Positions 28,213-38,221 are shown, counted from the stretch's first letter. The stretch: 64,000 nucleotides of DNA from an uncultured virus (IMG/VR IMGVR_UViG_3300009152_002325) (IMGVR_UViG_3300009152_002325); one strand, 5' to 3'. Numbers and translations are program-made. The notes: generated by a model from the sequence alone, not told the origin.

Positions 28213-28408
28213 GCAATTCCTCTTCCACTTCTTGTGTCTTTTGAATTAGCTTATCTTCAACAAATTTATACACACGATCAGTTGCCGCATCTACGCTTTC
28301 GCCGTCTCTGACAAAATCGTCTACGCCAATGCCAATCTTAATGCTTTCAAAATTTCCAAGGTTTCTGGTAAAAGATAAATCAACTCTAACCTGAGTCCCT
28401 CTATCCAT
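28199..28408 (-). CDS. Hypothetical protein
   Basis: TRNLGNFESIKI motif, 69 aa. Confidence 0.75.
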   Translation of the reverse strand: MDRGTQVRVDLSFTRNLGNFESIKIGIGVDDFVRDGESVDAATDRVYKFVEDKLIQKTQEVEEELRGSK

Positions 28409-28511
28409 TATGTGCCGCCTTTCTATGCCTAGTTAACGTGTCATGAGCAAATATGCCCCAACGTACTTCTATTTCTTTCTTACAAATATCACAAACAACA
28501 GCTCTGCTCAT
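28401..28511 (-). CDS. Mini C2H2 zinc-finger protein (36 aa, not in ORF track)
   Basis: MSRAVVCDICKKEIEVRWGIFAHDTLTRHRKAAHNG* fills the gap exactly. Confidence 0.7.
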   Translation of the reverse strand: MSRAVVCDICKKEIEVRWGIFAHDTLTRHRKAAHNG

Positions 28512-28513
28512 AC

Positions 28514-28996
28514 CTATTCCGCCTTCCAAACTGGTACAAAATTTCCTTCAGTGGTCTTAGTATACAATATAGTGTTGTGTTTGAGAAGAGCCCTCATCTC
28601 ATTTCTTGAAGGCATATTATTAGAATACCCTGATTCTAATATAAACTCATGAATGTCCATAATGTCCGATTCACTATACATAAACTTATACCATGTGCTT
28701 TCTGGATTACCTATCGGATATACTTTTTGTGGGTACCTTATCTTCCCGTCCAAAATATAATCTTCTATAGTAACCTTATGCTTGCCAAGCATTTGAGCTA
28801 CCTGACTAGTTGAATAAGCATTCTCCATAGTTTTTAATACTTGAGAATAAGAATACAGCAATCTTTTTTTATCAGGATAGCACCAAGCAACCATCTGGTC
28901 TTTAGATCTTGAATGACTTAATACTTTATGTATTTTGTTATTTAAGAAGAAATACCGAATGCTTTTAGCTGGCTGTTTTCTCTTTTTTCTATCCAT
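28514..28996 (-). CDS. HTH DNA-binding protein (MerR/excisionase-like)
   Basis: YSTSQVAQMLGKHKVTIEDYILDGKI. Confidence 0.75.
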   Translation of the reverse strand: MDRKKRKQPAKSIRYFFLNNKIHKVLSHSRSKDQMVAWCYPDKKRLLYSYSQVLKTMENAYSTSQVAQMLGKHKVTIEDYILDGKIRYPQKVYPIGNPESTWYKFMYSESDIMDIHEFILESGYSNNMPSRNEMRALLKHNTILYTKTTEGNFVPVWKAE

Positions 28997-29130
28997 TTAC
29001 CTAGTGCACTCGTATCCTTATTAATCATCCATCTTTTACCGCACATCATGCAGAAAAGTTCTACGTGTAATTTTTGTGAGAATACTCTATCTACAAAAAC
29101 TCTTCCTTGGCACTTATTGCATTTCATCAT
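28942..29130 (-). CDS. Small zinc-ribbon protein
   Basis: CNKC...CMMCG. Confidence 0.75.
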   Translation of the reverse strand: MMKCNKCQGRVFVDRVFSQKLHVELFCMMCGKRWMINKDTSALGKWIEKRENSQLKAFGISS

Positions 29131-29927
29131 AGTGTAAATAGCTTCCCATCAACAACACATGAGTAATCTGGTGCCACATGGATCATCTGAATATGTGGGT
29201 AATCATTTACAATATGTGCTATAGCAAATCCCTTTTGCCAATCATGGTGCTGCATATATTTCATTCCTGGGCCCTTTTCATCACACATGTGCCCAAGCTC
29301 GTAGCCACGAAGTGTTTCTCCTTCTCCATTATTTCTTAATTCATATGTAACTAAATGAGAAGCAATTCTATGAGAGTGACCTCTAATTAATGAAATTTGA
29401 AGATCTTCCATATCTTTGCGAACGGATCCAGTTGATGCAATTGAAAGCCCATGATGAACGTGAATGTCTCCAAAGCGACGCTTTGGCAATTCATTATAAT
29501 GAATATATTCATAACCTAATGAGTCTAGTCCCCAAAGAGCTTCGGGGGTAACTTCATTAATATAATCTGGCAACTTCGCATCTACATAATTAAAAATTCT
29601 AACATCGTGATTTCCCAATGCAGAAAATAGCTGTGCTTCTGGAAGCATCTCTCTGGTCTTTGTATAAAAATCTCTTGCACCCTTTGCTTCATGGCGCATC
29701 ATAGGAACAATTAAATCTCTGCTATCTGTCTTATGAAGATTTAAAAACTCTGCTGATCTTCCTTCTGTATACTTGCTATAGCAGGCTTGATCATCTGTAT
29801 CGCCAAGGTAATCAACAACGTCTGGCTTAAACCATTTCATAACCTTAAACCATAGGGCAATCATTTTATCGTCTTGATACGGAAACTGTTGGTCGGATGA
29901 AATCATCCACTTTAAATCGTTGCTCAT
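29127..29927 (-). CDS. Calcineurin-like metallophosphoesterase
   Basis: SDQQ, LGD..D, GNHD, HHG, GHSHR. Confidence 0.88.
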   Translation of the reverse strand: MSNDLKWMISSDQQFPYQDDKMIALWFKVMKWFKPDVVDYLGDTDDQACYSKYTEGRSAEFLNLHKTDSRDLIVPMMRHEAKGARDFYTKTREMLPEAQLFSALGNHDVRIFNYVDAKLPDYINEVTPEALWGLDSLGYEYIHYNELPKRRFGDIHVHHGLSIASTGSVRKDMEDLQISLIRGHSHRIASHLVTYELRNNGEGETLRGYELGHMCDEKGPGMKYMQHHDWQKGFAIAHIVNDYPHIQMIHVAPDYSCVVDGKLFTL

Positions 29928-29948
29928 TAAAACCCTTAATATATATAA

Positions 29949-30008
29949 AAGCCACGATATCGTGGCTTAATGTTATACCAATTGTAACATATTAAGCTGG
30001 TGTGTCAA
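29949..30008 (-). promoter_or_regulatory. Promoter and palindromes at head of replication operon
   Basis: TTGACA-N16-TACAAT (30008-29981) and perfect 20-bp palindrome AAGCCACGATATCGTGGCTT (29949-29968). Confidence 0.65.
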
Positions 30009-30019
30009 TAGTTGTAATG

Positions 30020-30448
30020 CTACAGTGTGGACGGCTTAATGCCAACGCTTACCCAATGGAAGTTAAATGCACCTAGCTTAACGTCTGAATAGACAACTAT
30101 CTTTGCTGTTCCGTTATTAGTTACCTCACCAGATATTGACCATCTGATATTGCTGGCTTTTGGATCCTTAAGCTTTGGCGATGCAACTATAAAAGCATCT
30201 GTGTACTCATCTCCCCAGCCAGGGTTTACGTCTACCGAAACGGGATCTGCTTTGGCAGTTATTCCATTTTCAAATCTAACCATGCCAGATCTTATATTAG
30301 GGATTCCAAGTGTTGTAAAATCACCTGCTGTAGTCTTACTTAAATTATAAGACTGATCTGATACTTCTTTTATTTTATCTATCTGAATTTGAAGATTCTC
30401 TAGCTTTTTTGGATCTGCTGGCTCTCCATCTGCAAAGACTTCGCCCAT
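30020..30448 (-). CDS. Hypothetical protein, possibly virion-associated
   Basis: Short helix plus beta-rich C-terminus, end of tail module. Confidence 0.65.
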   Translation of the reverse strand: MGEVFADGEPADPKKLENLQIQIDKIKEVSDQSYNLSKTTAGDFTTLGIPNIRSGMVRFENGITAKADPVSVDVNPGWGDEYTDAFIVASPKLKDPKASNIRWSISGEVTNNGTAKIVVYSDVKLGAFNFHWVSVGIKPSTL

Positions 30449-30449
30449 T

Positions 30450-30623
30450 TTATGCCTCCTCTAACTTAGAATCAATTGATTTAGCATAGCTTTCTTTTTC
30501 CTGCTGTGCATTTATTAATTCTGTTACTTCCGCCCTCAATATTGCAATCTGAGTTTCATATCCAGAGACTAGCTGTCCAATTCTTTCTTGCAGCGCATTA
30601 ACAATCAATTCTAATTTTTCCAT
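30450..30623 (-). CDS. Coiled-coil hypothetical protein (57 aa, not in ORF track)
   Basis: MEKLELIVNALQERIGQLVSGYETQIAILRAE...EEA*. Confidence 0.75.
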   Translation of the reverse strand: MEKLELIVNALQERIGQLVSGYETQIAILRAEVTELINAQQEKESYAKSIDSKLEEA

Positions 30624-30629
30624 TTTTAC

Positions 30630-30854
30630 CTACTCGGCTAGTGCATTTACGTCTGTAAGTTCTGAATTTAGAACAGACAGTTGATTATTACATTCTTCAA
30701 TAGCATTACTTAAATTTGTAACAGCTTCTTCTACTGGTTCACTCTTATTGTTTTCAACAACAAGATCTATTCCAAGGCTATACTTTTTATATTCTATAGA
30801 CTTGAGTCTTGCTTCAATAATTTGAATCTTGTCTTCTTTTTTTAATGTAGTCAT
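30630..30854 (-). CDS. Coiled-coil hypothetical protein
   Basis: 74 aa, GGAGG RBS, TGGTATAAT promoter upstream. Confidence 0.75.
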   Translation of the reverse strand: MTTLKKEDKIQIIEARLKSIEYKKYSLGIDLVVENNKSEPVEEAVTNLSNAIEECNNQLSVLNSELTDVNALAE

Positions 30855-30913
30855 TTTACTCCTCCTTGTTTATTATACCATTTAGGCACTATTAGTCAAT
30901 AGTATTAACTATT

Positions 30914-33667
30914 TTAATATCCGCCACCTGTATACAATCTAGTTCCAGATACTCCAGGGCTAGACCAGGCTCCATTTCCGTTAGCATTTTTTGCACGAAC
31001 ATAATAAGTCTGAGTGCCATTTGGCGCATTAGTCCATAGTGTAGTAGATACTGCTCCAACGCTAGTGTCTGGCGTTGATGTTGGAGATGGTGGCCCGCCG
31101 TACCATATGTCATATCCAGTTGCACCAGCTACTGCATTCCAAGATATCTGGACTCCGTCATAACGATCTGAAGAACAGGTTACTCCTGTAACTTGTGCTG
31201 GACCAGATGCAAAGAATGGTGGGAAGAATGGTGGGAAGAATGGTGGGAAGAACGGTGGGAAGAACGGTGGGAAGAACGGTGGGAAGAACGGTGGGAAGAA
31301 CGGTGAAGCTGTAGCATTAACTGTAACTGCAGCAGAACGTGAGGCAGTTGATGATCCACCTGAGTTAGTTGCCACTACGTCACAATATAAAGCGGACCCA
31401 TATAGGGTTCTGTAGTTTGCTGGAGGCCTGTATGTTTGTCCTGTGCTTGTAAATGGAGATACAATACTTGCTGGTGCAGCTGGGTAAACGCTTCCTTGAT
31501 CAAAGTATCTCCACTGATAAGAATACGATGATGGAGTATTTGTCCAGGTCCCATTAGTTGTTGTATAGGTTGTGGCTCCTTGAGTTCCAGTGCTAGGTGT
31601 TACAACTGGAGCTGTAAGTATTGTTGGAGCAACGACTGGCTTTATTGCTGCAATTAAAGTAAAGTTATCATCTACTCCATCTCTGCTAGTATTTCTAGTC
31701 ATTCCTGCTACTGCAAAGTTGTCTGATGTTTGCAATGTAGATTCAGCCCATGTTTGGGTAACAACATTATTATTATAAACAGCATTAGTGCTGTAAGAAT
31801 CTACCCCGTTACTAATAAAATTAACATCAACTATGTCTGAGTCATAATAAAATTTTGCTTGATATTCTGATATTTTTGTAGCATCTTGATACTGAGTGCC
31901 TTTCCATCTTATATAAAAATTTGTAGAGTCTGAATAATGATATAGGAAAGTTTGCACCTGGTCTCTCATTATAGGTGTTAAAAATACTCCAGTTATTGGT
32001 GGAGTTGATCCTGTTGACGTACTAGTTCCTATTCCAATAAAACCATTTGTTGATACATAAACATTTGTATTATTAGTAAAATTGCTTGGAAGAGTAACTC
32101 TTCTTTTAGCTAATGCCAACTGATTATTTGCATAGTAAGTATAGCTTAAAGAAGAAGTTGAGGATGTTGAAGTTGGCTTTGCTATAGAAGACAAGGAGGT
32201 CGGTGAGCCTGCAGTCCCAGCTCTAGTAGCTCCCGTCTGATTTAATCCAGAGTATGCCGTTACGCTATTTATAGATACAGTTGGATTAGAGGCCCCACCT
32301 ACTGTAATGGTAAGTGGCATTGAATTTGTGTTTGATATATATGTGCCATTTCCTCCTGATGCTCCAGACAAGTTCCAGCTTACAGCCCAGCTTTGGGCTC
32401 CAGTTGTTGTGCTGACATTAACATTTATTTTTCTTGAATTTCCTTTTGCCAAAGTCATTGTGCTTATTGGAGAATTTGAAGCAGAAGGAGATATGCTTAA
32501 AATCGCATCAGATGTACCTCCAGTAGCAACAAAATTTCCTGAAGAATTATATTGATTTAATGTTGTTACTGCTTGAGTAATTGGTGCAGATATTGTTCCC
32601 CCCGTATTAGATCCAGCACCATAACTCAAAAGATCATAGGACTCAGTATCAGAAGGAAAAGATGCAGCCATTTCAACAAGAACTGTGTTTGATGTGGAAG
32701 AAACTCTAGTTTGTGTAGGCGCAGAAGGCGTAGTTACAGAGCTTACATTTGTTAATGAATATGTAAATGTACTTGGAGCTGAGGCAACTACATTAGTAGT
32801 CACTACTGAGACTTCAACACCAGTTGCAATACCTAGATCATAATCTGTTCCAGAGTTCTGTCTTGTTTCTGTAACATATAAATATTTACCATTGTCTGCT
32901 TCTACTGGAGTGTAAGATGCTCCATTTGCAAGAAAAGTTCCACCGACTGTTGTGTTTGTTGAATTTCTATGCCATTGTACAAACGTGCTACGTGGTTTGT
33001 ATGCTTCTCCAGCTTCCCATGTTGATGAATATGTTATTGCTGTTCCAACTGACGGGCTATTTGTACTTAAGCTTGCTGTTAAATTTATAGGACTTTCTCT
33101 AATAACTTTTACTCTTGTTGAAAAAGACACACCATTGTATTGAGAGTTGGATGAATTGTTTGCTGTAACTTCAAATGCTAAATATTGCTCATCCGCATTT
33201 GCTGAGTTTGTTGATGTCCATATTGCATATGGTAATTGATCTTGTCCACTACCTGTAGAGTTTGGTGCTACAACAGACCAAGTTGTTCCGCTTCTTAAGG
33301 TTGTTAATAAGTCTGTACCGTTCTGATCGTAAAGTTTCCACTTGTATTGGTATGATGATGCATTCCATCCATTTAAATCCCAGTTAGCATTGTTTCCAAA
33401 ATAGGAGTCGCCTATTCTAACTACTGGATAAGTGGCATTAGGCATTCTGGCTGCATATGCATCTGATGCAAGGTATCCAATATATGGAACTCTTGTAGCA
33501 AAAATTCCTGACAGGGGCCAAACCTTAAGCCACTGAGTAGTATTTTTAATCCATACGCCAGCTGCCGCCTTCCATCCACCAGATCCAGTAGTACTCTTAA
33601 CAAAAAGATTAGTTATTTTTTTCCAACCACCAGAGCCCGTAGTGCTTTTAATAAAAATATCTGACAT
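30914..33667 (-). CDS. Tail fibre/adhesin-like protein with Ig-like and FN3-like domains and (PPFF)n tract
   Basis: Ser/Thr-rich beta protein; YQW Ig-like motifs; C-terminal ISWNAV.GATGY...YYVRAKN FN3. Confidence 0.75.
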   Translation of the reverse strand: MSDIFIKSTTGSGGWKKITNLFVKSTTGSGGWKAAAGVWIKNTTQWLKVWPLSGIFATRVPYIGYLASDAYAARMPNATYPVVRIGDSYFGNNANWDLNGWNASSYQYKWKLYDQNGTDLLTTLRSGTTWSVVAPNSTGSGQDQLPYAIWTSTNSANADEQYLAFEVTANNSSNSQYNGVSFSTRVKVIRESPINLTASLSTNSPSVGTAITYSSTWEAGEAYKPRSTFVQWHRNSTNTTVGGTFLANGASYTPVEADNGKYLYVTETRQNSGTDYDLGIATGVEVSVVTTNVVASAPSTFTYSLTNVSSVTTPSAPTQTRVSSTSNTVLVEMAASFPSDTESYDLLSYGAGSNTGGTISAPITQAVTTLNQYNSSGNFVATGGTSDAILSISPSASNSPISTMTLAKGNSRKINVNVSTTTGAQSWAVSWNLSGASGGNGTYISNTNSMPLTITVGGASNPTVSINSVTAYSGLNQTGATRAGTAGSPTSLSSIAKPTSTSSTSSLSYTYYANNQLALAKRRVTLPSNFTNNTNVYVSTNGFIGIGTSTSTGSTPPITGVFLTPIMRDQVQTFLYHYSDSTNFYIRWKGTQYQDATKISEYQAKFYYDSDIVDVNFISNGVDSYSTNAVYNNNVVTQTWAESTLQTSDNFAVAGMTRNTSRDGVDDNFTLIAAIKPVVAPTILTAPVVTPSTGTQGATTYTTTNGTWTNTPSSYSYQWRYFDQGSVYPAAPASIVSPFTSTGQTYRPPANYRTLYGSALYCDVVATNSGGSSTASRSAAVTVNATASPFFPPFFPPFFPPFFPPFFPPFFPPFFPPFFASGPAQVTGVTCSSDRYDGVQISWNAVAGATGYDIWYGGPPSPTSTPDTSVGAVSTTLWTNAPNGTQTYYVRAKNANGNGAWSSPGVSGTRLYTGGGY
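31212..31305. repeat. 12-bp tandem repeat (~8 copies) encoding (PPFF)n
   Basis: AAGAATGGTGGG x3, AAGAACGGTGGG x4, plus partial unit. Confidence 0.95.
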
Positions 33668-33675
33668 CTATTATC

Positions 33676-36600
33676 CTATGCGTACTGAATATATATGTCG
33701 CCACGGATGCCATCTGCAGCCGATGCTAGTTTAGGATCAGTACCCATACTTATATTTCTAAAAACTGGCTCAGTAAGAACTGCAGAAGAGAGATTTCTTA
33801 CATACAAAGAATTAAATGTAGCATAAGCTGAATCTATTGTCAGCCCTCCAATGCTATTACCTGATGCATTAGTTACCTGAAGAGAAACTGATGAAGATGA
33901 AAGATTTAACATTCCAGCAGAAGCTGGAAAAGCAGAATAATCTCCGCCAGCACCAGAAGCAATAATTGTTTGATTTCCTGCATACACAAATGCTCTTCCA
34001 ATAACAGCGGCGTTAGTTCCAAGCCATTCTAATTGATTGTTTGACGAATTCATTCTCAGGGATCCGTTAAAGTTTCCAGATGTCGATATAGTAGATCCAG
34101 TTATAGTGCCACCTGTTATTATTCCAGTAGAAGTTATATTTCCAGCAAACGTTCCGCTTGTGAATGTAGCTGCTCCAGATGTATTTATTGAAAATCCTGC
34201 GGAAGATATTCCAGCGGTACCTATTGTTATTGCTCCTGCACCAGCTGTTACATTTCCGAGAAATTCTCCTGCTGTGGCTTTAATTGTTCCTCTTACTTCA
34301 AGCACCTGCGTAGAATTTGAATACTTAACGTATGCAGAATCATTACCTATATTAAAAGCAGGATAAATTACTCCTGATTGATTTTCCCATCCAATAAAAA
34401 ATCCTGGTGTTGTACTTGCATAAGAGCTTTTTGCATATGTTGTTCCGCTCTGGATATAAGATGAATAGATAGAACCACCATCATTTAATTTTGTTATTAA
34501 GTTAGATACTAAAGATCCGTCTACGCCAAACTTAACTGCTTTTGCCAAAGCATTCGTTGCGTTCTGGTTGGCCGTTTGAATAGCAGTTTCAGCTGCAGTG
34601 AGATCTCCATCTTTTAATCTAACCCAGGCTGCTGGAGTTACAGATGTACTCCACACTTTAAAATAATTAAAATTAATATCAAACCAAATATCTCCAGCTT
34701 TAGGAGATAATGGAGCAGTGGCTGAAGATGTTGTTGTTGATTTTTTTTCGGCTTCAGTAAGAGCGCTTGCTGCTTTTGTATCTGCTGCAGTTATATCAGA
34801 ATCTTTCATTCTAGTCCATATAGTTCCATTATAAACTTTAAAATAATTAATTCCAGTATTTGTATCGTACCAGACATCACCTAAAATTGAATTTGTTGGT
34901 TGTGTTGGTCCATAAGTTGTTTTAGTTTTTTGATTTGCAACTGCTAATGCAGCAGCAGAATCTTGTGTTATTACCCATGCTGTTCCACTCCAAATTTTTA
35001 GCTGATTGCTATTTGCAGTATCTACCCAAGAATCTCCTTGCTTGTGCCCACCAGTTGGAACTGCGGGGGCAGTTCCTGAATAGTAAACCTTAGAAGAATC
35101 TGGGACTAAGCCTCCCAAAGAGGATCCAGATTCTAAAGTAACAACTCCAGATATAATTGCACCAGTTGCTCGCATCTGTCCATTGGCATTTACTTGGAAC
35201 CCAGCATGTCCAGATGCTGCACTATTTATTGCTGGTGTTTCGGTATTGCCAGACCATAAAACAATGTCTGTTCCAGCACTTACTCTTGGTTTTATTCCAA
35301 CATATGATCCAGAGTTTGTTGCAATAATAGATCCTGCTGAATTTAATGTAACTCCTCCTGCTGAAATTGTATTTGTGTCAACTGACCAGCTTCCAATTAA
35401 TGCTTTTACTGTTGTAAATGTTGGAGATCCAACTGCAGCATTTGAAATAATTTGAGTTGTTTCTGTTCCTGAAGCATCATATGCAAATAGCCCAAGGTGG
35501 TTCAGTGTAACTTTATTTAACACATTGTCAGCAGTTCTGGCAATAAAAGATCCACCACTAGTTACTGTTACATTTCCACTTATCTTTCCAGACCTAGCAT
35601 TAATATCACCAGTTAGATATAAATCAGTTCCATTGAAATACATGAACTGAGTATCTGTTCCAACTCTTAACTGTCCTGTTGTTAGCCAATAATTATTTTT
35701 GTTTCCCGTTTTATTTAATAGTATACCGTGATATCCAGTTGCTGGAGCAGCAGAGGTAGCTGGTGTTGTTGTAATGCTTGTGTTAATTGAATCTAATATT
35801 CCAGTACCAAATTTAAACTGGTCTCCAGTAGCGCCGCCGATTGATATGTATGATTTAAGTCTTGCAAGGGATCCTTCTGCTGTTGCTACTGAATCTTGTG
35901 CTGAAAAAGTTCCTGCTATTGAATATGTCTGAGTATTATTAAATTGATCAACAGAAGCAACTTGATAGTAATAAGTTGTATTTGGGATTAACCCCGAAAC
36001 AGTAAATGAAACTGAATTTCCTGTTGATGGATTGTCTACATACCCATACTCATAAACTTGATTTGATGTTTGTGTAGTCCATCTTATTCTATACCCTCTA
36101 CAATCTGTATCGTTAGATTTTGTAAAAGTTATTGTTGATTGAAGACTAAATCCAGTTTTATCATTTGCATCTACGGTAGCTGTTGCAGAAATATTTGTTG
36201 GATTTGTTGGGGCAGTAGTATCCGTTGGATCTATTTTGTCTGGAGTTACTGTTACAATATTACTATAGCCAGTAAATCCTCCTAGCTTTTTAGAAAACTT
36301 TGCCCTTACCAGCCTTGCTAAAGAATTAGTTGTAGCAATATAAGCTGGATTTGAAGATGTAACAAACGGAGTTGAGCTCCAAGTAACTCCTGAATCTGTG
36401 CTCTCTTCAATATAAATTTTATCAAATGCGGAGTTCGATGTATAAGAAACGTTATATGCCATTGGAGCTTTAACTGCAGATATAACTGGAGCAGTAAGTG
36501 GATCTGCATATTTTGTTAGGGCATACCCAGTTACAAGACTTGTCTGTAAATTTTTATCTCTAACATAAATAAAGCTGGCGTAGTCTATTTCAAATGCTGT

Positions 36601-37353
36601 AAACTGACCAAACACTTTTTGTAGCTGGTTAGCAGATATAGTAATTTTTTGTTCTAACGGTGGAAGTTTATCTTTTTCTACAGCCGTCCACCAAGTAGCA
36701 TCTACATCATTTGTTTCATCGAGTAGCTGTAGTCCAAATGAATCTGCCAGAGTATTATCATTAGTGGCATCTTTAAATGTAGGGTCAAATTTCCAAAACA
36801 GGGATAGGTTTCCAGATACATCCCATGTATGTCTTACATCATACACAGCCTTTGGCTGCTTTAGCATTGTTACGCAGAATTCATTTGAGAAAAGTGAAAA
36901 ATCTCCATTTTTTGATTCGGCTTGAAGTTTTACACAGTATGTTGTTTTCTGTGTAGCATTAATTTGTATGAGGCCAGATTTTGCAAAAGACGTTGCGTAT
37001 TGAACAAACTCTGTCCCAAAGTCTCCACCTTTAATCCAAATGTTTACCTGCTTAAAAATTGATTCTAAATACTCTGCGCCGCTTGAGTCTTTGCCGTTCC
37101 AGTTAATATAAAGTATTGAGTTAATTGCATAAAGGTCAGCTGAGACAAATTTAGGAGCGAGCAGGCCTTCTTGTTGAGATGTTGTAAAATTATATCTATC
37201 GGAATATTCGCTTGCGCCTTTTGTTTTATCTAAATAGGACCAGGCTACTTGCAGTGAATAGTCTGTCTCAAAATCCAGATCTGAAACAACTATATCCCAA
37301 TAGTCTCCGTCTTGGCTTTGGCTAATTCCTAAATCTGGATATTGTTCTGACAC
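33676..37353 (-). CDS. Minor tail/tail fibre protein with FN3 domains
   Basis: GLIPNTTYYYQVASVD FN3, three GD.W.D...K.W repeats, G.I.A beta repeats, C-terminal GDIYIQYA. Confidence 0.78.
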   Translation of the reverse strand: MSEQYPDLGISQSQDGDYWDIVVSDLDFETDYSLQVAWSYLDKTKGASEYSDRYNFTTSQQEGLLAPKFVSADLYAINSILYINWNGKDSSGAEYLESIFKQVNIWIKGGDFGTEFVQYATSFAKSGLIQINATQKTTYCVKLQAESKNGDFSLFSNEFCVTMLKQPKAVYDVRHTWDVSGNLSLFWKFDPTFKDATNDNTLADSFGLQLLDETNDVDATWWTAVEKDKLPPLEQKITISANQLQKVFGQFTAFEIDYASFIYVRDKNLQTSLVTGYALTKYADPLTAPVISAVKAPMAYNVSYTSNSAFDKIYIEESTDSGVTWSSTPFVTSSNPAYIATTNSLARLVRAKFSKKLGGFTGYSNIVTVTPDKIDPTDTTAPTNPTNISATATVDANDKTGFSLQSTITFTKSNDTDCRGYRIRWTTQTSNQVYEYGYVDNPSTGNSVSFTVSGLIPNTTYYYQVASVDQFNNTQTYSIAGTFSAQDSVATAEGSLARLKSYISIGGATGDQFKFGTGILDSINTSITTTPATSAAPATGYHGILLNKTGNKNNYWLTTGQLRVGTDTQFMYFNGTDLYLTGDINARSGKISGNVTVTSGGSFIARTADNVLNKVTLNHLGLFAYDASGTETTQIISNAAVGSPTFTTVKALIGSWSVDTNTISAGGVTLNSAGSIIATNSGSYVGIKPRVSAGTDIVLWSGNTETPAINSAASGHAGFQVNANGQMRATGAIISGVVTLESGSSLGGLVPDSSKVYYSGTAPAVPTGGHKQGDSWVDTANSNQLKIWSGTAWVITQDSAAALAVANQKTKTTYGPTQPTNSILGDVWYDTNTGINYFKVYNGTIWTRMKDSDITAADTKAASALTEAEKKSTTTSSATAPLSPKAGDIWFDINFNYFKVWSTSVTPAAWVRLKDGDLTAAETAIQTANQNATNALAKAVKFGVDGSLVSNLITKLNDGGSIYSSYIQSGTTYAKSSYASTTPGFFIGWENQSGVIYPAFNIGNDSAYVKYSNSTQVLEVRGTIKATAGEFLGNVTAGAGAITIGTAGISSAGFSINTSGAATFTSGTFAGNITSTGIITGGTITGSTISTSGNFNGSLRMNSSNNQLEWLGTNAAVIGRAFVYAGNQTIIASGAGGDYSAFPASAGMLNLSSSSVSLQVTNASGNSIGGLTIDSAYATFNSLYVRNLSSAVLTEPVFRNISMGTDPKLASAADGIRGDIYIQYA

Positions 37354-37354
37354 A

Positions 37355-38221
37355 CTAAACTCCGAACGATAGGTCTAGTTTAAATTCTATTGCTGCTTCT
37401 CTTCCATTTACTTTGATCAGAGTTGAATCTAATATAGATCTAGCAATTAATCCATATGCTGGATCAAACGTATCTTCTTCATTAATTCTTAATCCATCCA
37501 TAGATACATATGTTTGAGCAGATGTTGGAGTAACAACAATTCCTAACTTAACAACACTTTGTGGATTAAATGTTCCTACTGATACTCCAGTAGACATGTT
37601 TAAACTTTTAATATTATATCCGACTGAATGTCCAGTAAATGTAAACTGCATATAATCAGTGTCTGAGCTATACAGTCTAACCTTTAATGATGATAGGTTT
37701 GCGTCATTTGCCTTGTATGAAAAACATAATGTATCTGATGGATCATATCCAGATACATCTAGGCTTCCAAGTTCATAGGTGTACTCTCTAGCAGCCGCCG
37801 CATTTGAACCAAATATCAGCGAGCTGTCTCCAATTCTATAATTGGTTTGATCTAATGCTGGCTCAGGGTTCCATTTGTATGGCAACTCAAAGTTAGATAT
37901 AAACTTGCTATCGTATAAATTTCTCGTATAAGATTCTCCTGAGTATATTCCTATCTCATTAATCTTACCTGCAATATTTGTAGGAATTGTAGCAGAATAG
38001 ATAACTGTATATTTGGGTGGTGATACGGATGTGTCTACATCTATTCCACCCTGTCTAATTGGAACTCTATAAAATTCAAATCCTAATCTTGAGTTTGTAT
38101 CGGACAAAGGGTACTCAAGAGATGATCCAGTTGCAATACCTAATGCCATTTGCTTTGAATCAAAAGTTGAATTGCCTGCAACAAAATTGGTTAAAAATCG
38201 TTTACCAAATTTAGTTATCAT
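37355..38221 (-). CDS. Minor tail/baseplate-associated protein
   Basis: MITKFGKRFL...ALG...EFYRVP...INEIGIY, tail module position. Confidence 0.6.
   Translation of the reverse strand: MITKFGKRFLTNFVAGNSTFDSKQMALGIATGSSLEYPLSDTNSRLGFEFYRVPIRQGGIDVDTSVSPPKYTVIYSATIPTNIAGKINEIGIYSGESYTRNLYDSKFISNFELPYKWNPEPALDQTNYRIGDSSLIFGSNAAAAREYTYELGSLDVSGYDPSDTLCFSYKANDANLSSLKVRLYSSDTDYMQFTFTGHSVGYNIKSLNMSTGVSVGTFNPQSVVKLGIVVTPTSAQTYVSMDGLRINEEDTFDPAYGLIARSILDSTLIKVNGREAAIEFKLDLSFGV

Noticed and set aside
30892..31125. 77-aa minus-strand ORF
   Set aside because: Alternative frame overlapping the FN3 end of the fibre gene, with no RBS or motif
31212..31305. Short repeat array as CRISPR or non-coding element
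   Set aside because: Units are contiguous 12-mers without spacers and lie in frame within a CDS
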